Assembly: GCA_028715175.1 (NCBI GenBank)
Contig: JAQUSJ010000001.1
Location: 212,550 to 276,549, forward strand
Direction: 5' to 3'
DNA: 64,000 nucleotides
DNA from: Candidatus Daviesbacteria bacterium
GTDB taxonomy: Bacteria > Patescibacteriota > Microgenomatia > Daviesbacterales > UBA10151
The notes below the pieces were generated by a model. That model worked only from the letters and a program-made list of their open reading frames with translations. It was not told where the DNA came from and searched no databases. Positions 36,948 through 46,134 of the stretch are shown here, in pieces; positions within the stretch are counted from its first letter, which is position 1, and every line of letters begins with the position of its first letter. Made by a program: the position numbers and the translations under genes.

Positions 36948-37670
36948 TTAATGTACGACCACGCGGGTACCGGGATTTTCTGCAGTTGCTCTGACAGCAC
37001 CCTGGCCGGATGGAACAGTTGGTCCGGCCCAATCAAAAATTTGGGCAGCAGAGGCAAGAGGAGAGTTAACGCAGCCATGACTCATCGGGTGGCCGAAATT
37101 ATTATGCCAGTAAGCCCCATGAATGGCATAACCCAAGTGAAAGAACATATTATTCGGAACATTAGGCAGGTTGTAGTAAGTGCCCAAGGCTTGCGATCCT
37201 CCTGTCATACTTTGACTTCTGGTTTTATACCAGATATTGAAAGTTCCTCTGGGGGTAGGAGCCCATAGGCCGGTAGAAACCGGGAATTCCATGACTAGCC
37301 TGTTTCCTTCCCAAGCCCTAAGCCGTTGTTCGTCTAAAGATATATCAATCCATTTTTCTTCTCCGGCAGGATTGGTTGTACCCAGTACTGTCTGGTTATT
37401 GTCCTGATTTTGGGCTAGAGATTCTGAGTATGCATAAGCAAGCGATGTTTTAGGATAGTCTATAACTTTGTTGTTATAGGTAGCGGTACTGGCTTCCTCA
37501 TTAAACTTGCCGTCTGATTTGGCAACCGTACTGGCATCGCAGCAGGAGGTGGTTGGGTCGCCGGAAATGTCTAATTTATAAACGATTGTCCGCCTGATTG
37601 ATTGAAAATTAAAAGCAACGAAGAGAGTAACAGCTATTATTAGTAGAAGAGGTATCAGACGGTGCAGCAT
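36948..37670 (-). CDS. L,D-transpeptidase (YkuD)
   Basis: VSTG...TPRG, AIHG and SHGCV motifs. Confidence 0.93.
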   Translation of the reverse strand: MLHRLIPLLLIIAVTLFVAFNFQSIRRTIVYKLDISGDPTTSCCDASTVAKSDGKFNEEASTATYNNKVIDYPKTSLAYAYSESLAQNQDNNQTVLGTTNPAGEEKWIDISLDEQRLRAWEGNRLVMEFPVSTGLWAPTPRGTFNIWYKTRSQSMTGGSQALGTYYNLPNVPNNMFFHLGYAIHGAYWHNNFGHPMSHGCVNSPLASAAQIFDWAGPTVPSGQGAVRATAENPGTRVVVH

Positions 37671-37765
37671 ATAAAAGTTTTGCGCTTCCGTCTTAGCACA
37701 ATTTAATTGTGAGGCAAAATTGCTCTGGACGTCAAGAGGGAGTTTCGCTTAAGATAGAAAATTAC

Positions 37766-38677
37766 ATGAAAAAACTAGCTATTCCGGTAACTATTTTGAC
37801 TGCTCTCCTTGCAGTTTTGTTTATAATCAGTTCAAGCAAGGAGGCGGAGAATTTAATCTCCCCTCTTGCAAAGGGGACAAGAGTTTTAGGGATAAACCAG
37901 TGGTTTCCGGGAAATACAAATATAGCTCAAGCAGATGCTCCAGGAGTGAGCGCGGAAGCAGTTTTGTTTGTTGATACAAAGACCGGGCAGGTTCTTTTTT
38001 CAAAAAATCCCAATAAAAAATTGCCGATTGCCTCTTTGGTTAAGGTTATGACAGCGCTTGTGGCTTTGGAACACAAGAGTATGGATGATGAATTTTTTGT
38101 TTCCCGGCATGCAGCCGAGACTGAACCTGATAAAATGTTGCTTATTGCCGGAGAAAAATTAACTTTAAGAGAACTTTTGGATGGAGTCTTTTTAATATCG
38201 GCAAATGATGCGGCAGAAGTCTTGAGCGAAGGCACAACGGGAAGCAGGGATGAATTTATCAAGTTGATGAATGATAAGACAGAACAGTTAGGAATGAAAG
38301 AAACTTATTTCGTAAACCCCACCGGATTGGATGAAGATTCCAATAATTCATATTCAACGGTTTATGATTTGGCTATTTTGACGCGATTTCTGATAAGGCA
38401 CTACCCGGAAGTTGTTGATATTTCCAGGACGGAACATATTTATTTACCGAAAACGGAGAATCACCAGGATTATGATATGTATTCCGGGATAAACCTTTTA
38501 ACTTCATATCCGGGGGTTGTGGGTTTTAAAACCGGTTATACCCCGGAGGCAGGGTTGACTTTAATAACTTTGGCAAGGAAAAACGGACATGAGGTGATAG
38601 GGGTACTTTTGGGGTCCGGGGACAGGCGGGATGAGGCAAGAGAAATTTTGGACTATTCGTTTAATAAACTAAAGTGA
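37766..38677 (+). CDS. D-alanyl-D-alanine carboxypeptidase (peptidase S11)
   Basis: ASLVK, SAN and KTG motifs. Confidence 0.93.
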   Translation: MKKLAIPVTILTALLAVLFIISSSKEAENLISPLAKGTRVLGINQWFPGNTNIAQADAPGVSAEAVLFVDTKTGQVLFSKNPNKKLPIASLVKVMTALVALEHKSMDDEFFVSRHAAETEPDKMLLIAGEKLTLRELLDGVFLISANDAAEVLSEGTTGSRDEFIKLMNDKTEQLGMKETYFVNPTGLDEDSNNSYSTVYDLAILTRFLIRHYPEVVDISRTEHIYLPKTENHQDYDMYSGINLLTSYPGVVGFKTGYTPEAGLTLITLARKNGHEVIGVLLGSGDRRDEAREILDYSFNKLK

Positions 38678-38713
38678 GTGGAAAAAGTTTTGGGGAAGGG
38701 GTATGCTGAGGGT

Positions 38714-38848
38714 ATGATTGTAAAAGTTAAGGAAGGTTTTAGGGTGGTGGCGGAGAGTGGGAGAAATATGGGAACTTATTCAACCAAAGAACAGGCAGAG
38801 AAAAGGCTTAGACAAATTGAAATGTTTAAACACATGAGGAAAGGATAG
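38714..38848 (+). CDS. 44-aa basic small protein (not in the ORF track)
   Basis: MIVKVKEGFRVVAESGRNMGTYSTKEQAEKRLRQIEMFKHMRKG; TATGCT 6 nt upstream. Confidence 0.7.
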   Translation: MIVKVKEGFRVVAESGRNMGTYSTKEQAEKRLRQIEMFKHMRKG

Positions 38849-38853
38849 AATTT

Positions 38854-39120
38854 ATGTTAGGATTTAGCTGGAAAAGATTTTTGATTACTTTGGGGTTAAG
38901 TGTGTTGGTGTGGGTAGTGAGTGGTTTTACTCAAGCTTTGATCGGATTTCCGAATTACTTTACAATTTTCCATACATGTAGTTTAACTGGTTACCCTATT
39001 GCTTTGTGTATATCTAGTAACGATCAGGCTAAAGTAGCTTTGATATCTTTTGTAAATATTATCCTGTGGTTTTGGGTTATCCATTTATTTTGGGGATTGT
39101 TTCAGAAACGTGGCAAGTAA
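38854..39120 (+). CDS. Small two-TM protein
   Basis: 88 aa, hydrophobic, with two loop cysteines. Confidence 0.65.
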   Translation: MLGFSWKRFLITLGLSVLVWVVSGFTQALIGFPNYFTIFHTCSLTGYPIALCISSNDQAKVALISFVNIILWFWVIHLFWGLFQKRGK

Positions 39121-42078
39121 ACCAAAAGAGGCTAAGGTTATTATGCCTCCGGAAACTATCAATAAACCGCCAAGAAATTCTTCCGCTGGCTTTTCATCAT
39201 TTTTATTGGAGATTAAATTTTTCTGTTCTTCCAGGACTTTGCTGACATTGATTTGATCGGAAATATGGTTGGGGTTTTGGAAGGTAATTCCCAAGACGTC
39301 CGGCGTAGACAAGATGGAGTTTGATGATTGATTTGTGGTTTCTCTCTTGGAGTTCACCTCGGAGGAGTCAGAGTCCACCTCCGAGGTGCTAACTGTGTTG
39401 GAGGTAGAATTTGATGAAGTACCAGAGGAGATGATTGAAGTGGGGGTTTGTGTAGGAGTTGGGATGAGAGTAGGAGACGGGGACACAGCAATTTCTATAG
39501 TGATAGATTGGGGGATTTCTTCGTTACCCAAGTTATCAATTGATTTGATTTGGATAGTGGTTGTTCCCGGATTAGAAATAGTGAACGGCCCGGTATATGT
39601 CTGTACTGTTTGACCATTATCTAAGCTATATTCAATCCTTAGTATTCCTGATTCAGTATCGCTTCCGGTTAAAGTTATAGTAACTGGTCCAGTATAAACA
39701 CCTGAAGAATCTTTAGTACCGGAAATTTGAATATTGGTAACGGGCGGTGTTTGGTCTAATGCTGCAGAACCGGTAGTTTCGCTGGTAGGATTAATGGGGA
39801 TATTTATTTCGCTTGACGAATCAGGATAAAAATTAAGCGAAGGGGAAGTATCTAAAGCAGGATCAAGAGTAAATTCTACTTTGCCAACTTGAGGAATAGC
39901 AATGTCTTTATAAATTGTGGTTTTGGATATTTTATCTTGTTTGTAGGTCCTTTTTTTGAGGCTAGTAGTTTTAGAGTTATTGGACGGATTTTTACGAGTT
40001 GTTTTTACTTTTACTTTTGCAGCTTTCTTTTTAACAAAAGCGTGTTTGGTATTGCCGGAAGTGGTACAAGAGACATCCGGAATATTTTCTTCTATTTCTC
40101 CTTTGTCATTTAAACCGCAGTGGCGGTTTTGATCATCGTATAAATCTAATTCTCCATCATCTAAGGAAATTTGTTCGCCTTCCAGAACAATTTTTTCGTC
40201 TTTTACTTCAACTGGTAAGGAATTATCATCATTCAAAATTGCTTTGACGGTTTGCATGGCTGTTCCATTGCTGGAAACTAGATCACCATGCTCTTGCTCT
40301 ACATAATAAATTTTGGTTGCACCTGAGATATCAATACTGTCGTTTTTAAGTGAAGCGCTGTACAGGGGGACTGTACCATCGCCATTAACAAAAACTTCGT
40401 CTCTTTTGGGTATTAAATTAATTGGCCAGGTTACCCACCAAGTTTCGTGGATTTGGCCTAAGGTGGATTGACTAGAGCCAACTATTTCGTAAACCTTTAC
40501 ATCATTAGTCTGATTAAACAATGAATCTTGTAAGGTATGAAATTCTTCCCCAATATTAAATGCTGTCATATTATGCCCTAGATTAGATAGAAGTGTTTTT
40601 GTTTGATTAAAATTTAATGCCCCGATTTCATTATTATTATCAATATCTCTATCATCTTTGTATGGATAAGAAATTGTATTATCTGTATTGGTATAGAAAT
40701 CGAAATATTTTGAAGAGGGTAGTAATTCAAATATGCTTGGTAAATTTTGAGAAGTATCTTTAGTTTCGCTGGGTGGAATACCGAGTTTAAATAATCTAAA
40801 ATCATAGCCTAGCCATGATCCATATCTTAAGGTTTTGAGACTATCTACTGCTCCTAAATGTGGAACTCCCAGTTCTATCAATTTATTGACCTTAGCAGCT
40901 TTTACTGAGTCTGAAATATAATACCTTGCTACCAGGCCTCCCATAGAGTGGACTACCAGATTAACTTGAGATTGACCGGAAGCTATTTTGGCGGTTTCAA
41001 TGAGATTGTCTAAACTGTCTTTAGTGTTTCTGACATCTTTTCTCCAATCATATGGAAAGGTAAAGAAATTTTTACCTTTCTCGTACCCCATTCCGGTAAA
41101 AAACGAATCAATATCAGAATACCCAAAAGAAGTTAAGTCTCCTGTTAAACTTAAAGCAGCCTCTGGGGTTTGCCCATCGGTTTTTAACCGTAAAATATCA
41201 AAATAATCATCATCTCCCAGTTCCGCAGCCTTATCCTGATTTACCCAAATCTTTTCATTGCTGGAATAAGCATGAGAATATGTTCCGCCATGGCCGTCTT
41301 GAGCAGACCAAATAATATCCTGAGATGCCTTTATCTCTGACCCGCCAATTCCCGGAATAAAAATTACCGGTAATCTTGGAGGTGGAGGTGGAGGCGAAGT
41401 GTTACTCAAGATAAAATATAAATCATCTTTAGTGCTGGAAAATACATTGCAACCAGAATTTGAAGTTTGAGAATTCCAGATATATTGAGAAGCGTTACAG
41501 AATCCGTTATCAAAAGCATATCTTAAGCCTCCGCCGCTAAATAAATCAGATCCCCCATGTCCTCCCGGACCATAAGCAGCGCTTGTAAATAATATTTTAC
41601 CGCTGCCCGCGTTACCATTATTGGCATTGGTTATAAATATTAAGTACCGGTGTCCAGGGATGAAATTATAATTCCGGCAGGAAAAATCAATGGTAACATC
41701 TTCGTATCCGATTGGGACGCCAGTTGTTGTAAAAGTTAAACCGTCTAATGGGTCATTATGGTTAGTTCCAGGACAGCCAATTATATATGAATTATTATTA
41801 TCCTTGTCGTAGATACGGGTGTTTCTGGTGGTAAAATCAAATTGATTTAGATTGGTCCGGGAAGTACTAACTCTGAACGTGAAAGAGGATGCGGTGCCGG
41901 ATAAATTATTTCCTAATTCTTGTAAAGCCTCCCAAACAGTTAGTGGATCGCTCCAGGTTTGAGTTTGTTCCGCTACAGAAACAGCAGAGATATTAGAAGT
42001 TGAGGCCACAAAAAGTCCTGCTACAAAAATAAGCCGTATATATTGGCGAAATGGCAGTTTTATATTCACTTTTAACAC
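39085..42078 (-). CDS. Large exported lipase/acyltransferase (LCAT/PGAP1-like) with Ig-like domain and C-terminal membrane anchor
   Basis: Signal peptide; PVIFIPGIGGS, FPYDWR, HSMGG and GDGTVP motifs; DQTPP...YSLD..YTGP domain; C-terminal TM. Confidence 0.85.
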   Translation of the reverse strand: MLKVNIKLPFRQYIRLIFVAGLFVASTSNISAVSVAEQTQTWSDPLTVWEALQELGNNLSGTASSFTFRVSTSRTNLNQFDFTTRNTRIYDKDNNNSYIIGCPGTNHNDPLDGLTFTTTGVPIGYEDVTIDFSCRNYNFIPGHRYLIFITNANNGNAGSGKILFTSAAYGPGGHGGSDLFSGGGLRYAFDNGFCNASQYIWNSQTSNSGCNVFSSTKDDLYFILSNTSPPPPPPRLPVIFIPGIGGSEIKASQDIIWSAQDGHGGTYSHAYSSNEKIWVNQDKAAELGDDDYFDILRLKTDGQTPEAALSLTGDLTSFGYSDIDSFFTGMGYEKGKNFFTFPYDWRKDVRNTKDSLDNLIETAKIASGQSQVNLVVHSMGGLVARYYISDSVKAAKVNKLIELGVPHLGAVDSLKTLRYGSWLGYDFRLFKLGIPPSETKDTSQNLPSIFELLPSSKYFDFYTNTDNTISYPYKDDRDIDNNNEIGALNFNQTKTLLSNLGHNMTAFNIGEEFHTLQDSLFNQTNDVKVYEIVGSSQSTLGQIHETWWVTWPINLIPKRDEVFVNGDGTVPLYSASLKNDSIDISGATKIYYVEQEHGDLVSSNGTAMQTVKAILNDDNSLPVEVKDEKIVLEGEQISLDDGELDLYDDQNRHCGLNDKGEIEENIPDVSCTTSGNTKHAFVKKKAAKVKVKTTRKNPSNNSKTTSLKKRTYKQDKISKTTIYKDIAIPQVGKVEFTLDPALDTSPSLNFYPDSSSEINIPINPTSETTGSAALDQTPPVTNIQISGTKDSSGVYTGPVTITLTGSDTESGILRIEYSLDNGQTVQTYTGPFTISNPGTTTIQIKSIDNLGNEEIPQSITIEIAVSPSPTLIPTPTQTPTSIISSGTSSNSTSNTVSTSEVDSDSSEVNSKRETTNQSSNSILSTPDVLGITFQNPNHISDQINVSKVLEEQKNLISNKNDEKPAEEFLGGLLIVSGGIITLASFGLLATFLKQSPK
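39353..39388 (+). repeat. 36-bp palindromic element, copy 2 (inside the lipase linker)
   Basis: TTCACCTCGGAGGAGTCAGAGTCCACCTCCGAGGTG. Confidence 0.85.
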
Positions 42079-42160
42079 TAGAATTATTGATCGTGAAAAG
42101 GGTCAATACAAGATGTCTTTAAGATGCTTTAAGGTAACAAACAAATACAGATTTACCCTG

Positions 42161-42196
42161 TCCACCTCGGAGGAGTCAAAGCCCACCTCCGAGGTG
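42161..42196 (+). repeat. 36-bp palindromic element, copy 3 (intergenic, abutting a -10 box)
   Basis: TCCACCTCGGAGGAGTCAAAGCCCACCTCCGAGGTG followed directly by TATAAT. Confidence 0.85.
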
Positions 42197-42209
42197 TATA
42201 ATTGGGCAG

Positions 42210-42899
42210 ATGTTTACCAATCAAAAGGTTTTGGGAATGCTTTTAATTGTTTTTATAATCGGAACGGCAATTTATTTTACTGTTACAAAGTTTAGTCGGG
42301 ATGTCAGTAATTTATCTGTGACTCCGACTCCTGCTCCACAGGATATAAATTTTACACTTAATTCAACCCCTGCTCCTTCGGCGGCGAATGTGGCGCAGAC
42401 CCAATCAACTGAACTGCCTTTAGCCAAAAACAAAAGACTTGACCGGTTTCCCGGCATATTAAGACCGGAAGTTTTGCAAAATAAAAAAGCGGTTATCCAA
42501 ACTTCTAAAGGTCTCATCCAGTTGCAAATTTACCCCGAAGCATCTATGGCTGCTTCTAATTTTATGCTTTTAGCTGCTAATGGTTTTTATGACGGATTAA
42601 CTTTTCATCGGGTAGAAGATTGGGTGGTTCAGGGCGGCGATCCAACTGGTACAGGGTCTGGTGGACCCGGGTATCAGTTTCCTGATGAGCAGATTATAAG
42701 AGCATATGTGAAAGGTATAGTTGCTATGGCAAATTCAGGACCAAATACTAACGGCAGCCAGTTTTTTATATTAAAAAAAGATAGCGCACTTCAGCCGAAT
42801 TACACAATTTTTGGCCAGGTTATTTCCGGCCAGGAGGTGGTAGATAAAATAGCTGTTGGGGAGATAATGCAAAGAGTTCTGATCCAAGACCTCCAGTAG
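42210..42899 (+). CDS. Membrane-anchored cyclophilin-type peptidyl-prolyl isomerase
   Basis: FYDGLTFHRV, QGGDP and AMANSGPNTNGSQFF motifs. Confidence 0.95.
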   Translation: MFTNQKVLGMLLIVFIIGTAIYFTVTKFSRDVSNLSVTPTPAPQDINFTLNSTPAPSAANVAQTQSTELPLAKNKRLDRFPGILRPEVLQNKKAVIQTSKGLIQLQIYPEASMAASNFMLLAANGFYDGLTFHRVEDWVVQGGDPTGTGSGGPGYQFPDEQIIRAYVKGIVAMANSGPNTNGSQFFILKKDSALQPNYTIFGQVISGQEVVDKIAVGEIMQRVLIQDLQ

Positions 42900-42973
42900 C
42901 TTTCAGCTATCAGTCTTCAGTCATCAGACAGTTGTAATTTAAATCTGAAAGCTGACAGCTGAAGACTGACGAC
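42898..42973. repeat. Inverted arrays of degenerate heptamers
   Basis: tttcagc-tatcagt-cttcagt-catcaga facing ctgaaag-ctgacag-ctgaaga-ctgacga. Confidence 0.8.
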
Positions 42974-42974
42974 T

Positions 42975-43021
42975 ATACCATATATTGTATATTGACACTT
43001 TAAGGTACCAATATGTTATGT
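42975..43021 (+). promoter_or_regulatory. Tandem NrdR boxes overlapping the promoter
   Basis: ATACCATATATTGTAT and TACCAATATGTTATGT, 31 bp apart, flanking TTGACA. Confidence 0.75.
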
Positions 43022-43034
43022 TATACTGGGTTTC

Positions 43035-43475
43035 ATGAAATGTCCATTTTGCCAAAGTAATTTGAGTAAAGTTAAAGACAAAAGAGCAGTTCTGCGTCGC
43101 GGAGAGATAAGACGTCGTCGGGAATGTTTAAAATGTTCGAAGCGTTTTACAACTTACGAAATTCTGGCTGAGATAGAAATTTTGGTAATTAAAAAAGACG
43201 GGAAAAAGGAACCATATGAACGGGAAAAATTGCAGAGAGGATTGAATAGAGCTTTAGAGAAAAGACCGGGTGTTGACAGGGTTGAAAGCATTCTTGATAG
43301 AATAGAAAGCCGGATTAGAACTAAGCACTTGCAGGAAATTCCCTCGCAAACTTTGGGGAAGTGGGTATTATCAGAGTTGAAAAAACTAGATCCGGTTGCC
43401 TATTTGCGGTTTGCAAGCGTTTACCGGACTTTTTCTGACCCAAAGGATTTTAAAAAAGAGCTGGAAACCTTATGA
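43035..43475 (+). CDS. nrdR: Transcriptional repressor NrdR
   Basis: CPFC, RRRREC..C, ATP cone and AYLRFASVY motifs. Confidence 0.96.
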   Translation: MKCPFCQSNLSKVKDKRAVLRRGEIRRRRECLKCSKRFTTYEILAEIEILVIKKDGKKEPYEREKLQRGLNRALEKRPGVDRVESILDRIESRIRTKHLQEIPSQTLGKWVLSELKKLDPVAYLRFASVYRTFSDPKDFKKELETL

Positions 43476-46105
43476 AAAGAATCAGAAACAAAAACAAAAT
43501 AGCAGCTAAGCCCACTCTGCAGGTGGTGGCTGTGCCTAGAGTTCATGACAGGAGAAAGACTAATGGTGAAGATCGATTTAAGAGGTTGGATAAAAATGGT
43601 CGCACTTTTGAAACAAGATTTATTCCGCGCTATAAATTTATACCAGAGTTGCCGGGCGGTTTGCCTGAACCAACATTCTCTGAGAGTGCAAATAAAATTT
43701 TGAATGAAAGATATCTTCTAAAGAGCAGTAATTTGGAAATAGCTGAAACTGTTGCGGAGAGATTTTGGCATATTGCTTTTGATATTGCCTCAGGTGATAT
43801 TGATTTTGGTGCAACTACAAAAAATGTGACAGAGTTGGCAAAAAGTTTCTATACCATGATGGTGCGCCAGGAATTTTTGCCTAATTCTCCGACAATAATG
43901 AATGCCGGAAAACAAAACGGGTTGCAGTATTCTGCCTGTTTTGTTTTGCCGATTGGGGATTCGCTGCCGGAAATTTTTGATACCATAAAATATGCGGCTT
44001 TGATTCACCAAACAGGCGGAGGAACGGGTTTTGCTTTTTCCAGGCTTCGCCCGGCAGGGAGCATTGTCAATACCACAGGCGGTGTGGCCTCCGGACCGGT
44101 TTCGTTTTTGCGGGTATTTAATGCTGCTACAGAATCTATTAAGCAGGGCGGTACGAGACGTGGGGCGAATATGGGAATTTTGCGGGTTGACCACCCCGAT
44201 ATTCTGGAATTTATCAGGTGCAAGGCAGAATTGGATGATTTAAATAAACCGGTATATGAAGGTATCGCCCAGTTCTTGCCGGATTCCTCTGTCAGAGACT
44301 TTGTCAAGACTTTGCTTTTGGATAAGCAGATTGCCAATTTTAATATCTCTGTAGCGCTGACAAATAAATTTATGGAAGCGCTGGCAAAAGGCAAAGATTA
44401 TGATTTGGTGAATCCCGGCAACGGAGAGGTAGTTGGCAAATTAAACTCAAGAGAGGTTTTTGATGAGATTGTGGAACGGGCTTGGAAAACAGGTGATCCA
44501 GGACTTATATTTATTGACAGGATTAATGATTCACCTTCCAATCCGGTGCCATCTTTAGAAACTATTGAATCTACTAATCCATGCGGTGAACAACCTCTGG
44601 CTCCCTGGGACGCATGTAATTTAGGATCCATAAATTTGGGTAAATTTGTCCGCCAGTTGGCGGATGGGAGTTTGGATGTGGATTGGGAAAGATTGGAACA
44701 AACTACCAAACTGGCGGTACATTTTCTGGATAATGTGGTTCAGACAAATCCCTTTACCTTAAAACAAATTTATGATGAAGTGCATCAAAACAGAAGGATA
44801 GGTCTTGGGGTAATGGGTTTTGCCGACATGTTGTTTAAGCTAAAGATTTCATATAACTCTGTGGAAGCGTTGAGCCTGGCCGGCAGACTAATGAAGTTCA
44901 TTAATGAAGTAGGACACGGCGCTTCGCAAGGTCTGGCAGTGGAAAGAGGTCCTTTTCCAAACTGGACCCTGTCAATTTATGCCGATAAACACTCTTCTGC
45001 TTTCAAAAACAGGCCTGAATCCAGTGCTTATGTTGGCGGAAGAAAAATCAGGAATTCAACAATTACAACCATTGCCCCAACAGGCACGATTTCTATTATT
45101 GGGGATTGTTCCTCCGGAATTGAGCCGGTATTTGCGCTTAGCTTTATCCATAAAGCTAAAGCTAAAGGTGATGAATACAGGACATTAACCATCGCCAATC
45201 AAACTTTTGCCGATATTGCTAAAGAACAGGGTTTTTGGAGCGAAGACCTGGCAGCTAAGGTACTTGAGCATGGGTCTGTTAGAAATATCCCTGATGTGCC
45301 GGAAGACTGGCAGAAAGTTTTTGTGACGGCCCAGGAGATTGAGCCAGTGTGGCATGTTAGAATGCAGGCAGCTTTCCAGGCATATACGGATAATGGGGTT
45401 TCTAAAACAATAAACCTTCCCGGTATCGCAACGCGTGATGATGTAAGGACTGCATACATGATGGCTTATGAGACAGGTTGTAACGGGATAACAATTTATA
45501 GGGACGGTTCCAAAAGTACCCAGGTTTTAAATGTTTCTTCCAGTTTGAATGAACAAGTCGAATCTGAATCGGCTCCCATTGCCGAGAGGCCGATGATCCT
45601 CCGGGGTAGGACTTACAAGGTTTCAACGCCTGTGGGGGAGGCTTTTATTACTGTTAACAGGGATGCAAGCGGTCAACCTTTTGAAGTTTTTGTAACTGTC
45701 GGGAGAGCCGGTATGCACACTATGGCAGATGCGGAAGCTATGGGACGACTGGTTTCCTTATCGCTTCGTTTGGCAAGAGGAGCAAAAGAAACAGATCCAA
45801 AAGCAGTAGCATTGAAAATTGTCGGACAACTGCGGGGGATTGGTGGAGCATCATCAGTAGGTTTTGGAAAAAATAGGGTGCAGAGTTTGGCAGATGCAAT
45901 TGCCAAAGTTTTGGCAGAAGACTTAGCGGAGACTGGAACGGAGGAGACTGCGGAAACTTTACCGCAGTCAAATACAGGTACAGATGACGTGACACCGGCT
46001 CTATCACACAACCAGGCAGATCTTTGTCCGGAATGCGGCAGTGTTTCTTTCGTGATGGAAGAAGGCTGCAAAAAATGTCACTCATGTGGATACTCCATGT
46101 GTTAA
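43472..46105 (+). CDS. nrdJ: Adenosylcobalamin-dependent (class II) ribonucleotide reductase
   Basis: NSPT, SACF, RRGANM, NPCGEQ, CNLGS and APTGT motifs; C-terminal CPEC...CHSCGYSMC. Confidence 0.95.
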   Translation: MKRIRNKNKIAAKPTLQVVAVPRVHDRRKTNGEDRFKRLDKNGRTFETRFIPRYKFIPELPGGLPEPTFSESANKILNERYLLKSSNLEIAETVAERFWHIAFDIASGDIDFGATTKNVTELAKSFYTMMVRQEFLPNSPTIMNAGKQNGLQYSACFVLPIGDSLPEIFDTIKYAALIHQTGGGTGFAFSRLRPAGSIVNTTGGVASGPVSFLRVFNAATESIKQGGTRRGANMGILRVDHPDILEFIRCKAELDDLNKPVYEGIAQFLPDSSVRDFVKTLLLDKQIANFNISVALTNKFMEALAKGKDYDLVNPGNGEVVGKLNSREVFDEIVERAWKTGDPGLIFIDRINDSPSNPVPSLETIESTNPCGEQPLAPWDACNLGSINLGKFVRQLADGSLDVDWERLEQTTKLAVHFLDNVVQTNPFTLKQIYDEVHQNRRIGLGVMGFADMLFKLKISYNSVEALSLAGRLMKFINEVGHGASQGLAVERGPFPNWTLSIYADKHSSAFKNRPESSAYVGGRKIRNSTITTIAPTGTISIIGDCSSGIEPVFALSFIHKAKAKGDEYRTLTIANQTFADIAKEQGFWSEDLAAKVLEHGSVRNIPDVPEDWQKVFVTAQEIEPVWHVRMQAAFQAYTDNGVSKTINLPGIATRDDVRTAYMMAYETGCNGITIYRDGSKSTQVLNVSSSLNEQVESESAPIAERPMILRGRTYKVSTPVGEAFITVNRDASGQPFEVFVTVGRAGMHTMADAEAMGRLVSLSLRLARGAKETDPKAVALKIVGQLRGIGGASSVGFGKNRVQSLADAIAKVLAEDLAETGTEETAETLPQSNTGTDDVTPALSHNQADLCPECGSVSFVMEEGCKKCHSCGYSMC

Positions 46106-46134
46106 GCTTTCCACCCCAAGGGCACAAAAATATC

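Noticed and set aside
43472-46105. Intein or intron in nrdJ
   Set aside because: The ORF is continuous, the catalytic motifs are intact and no splice-junction motifs are evident.
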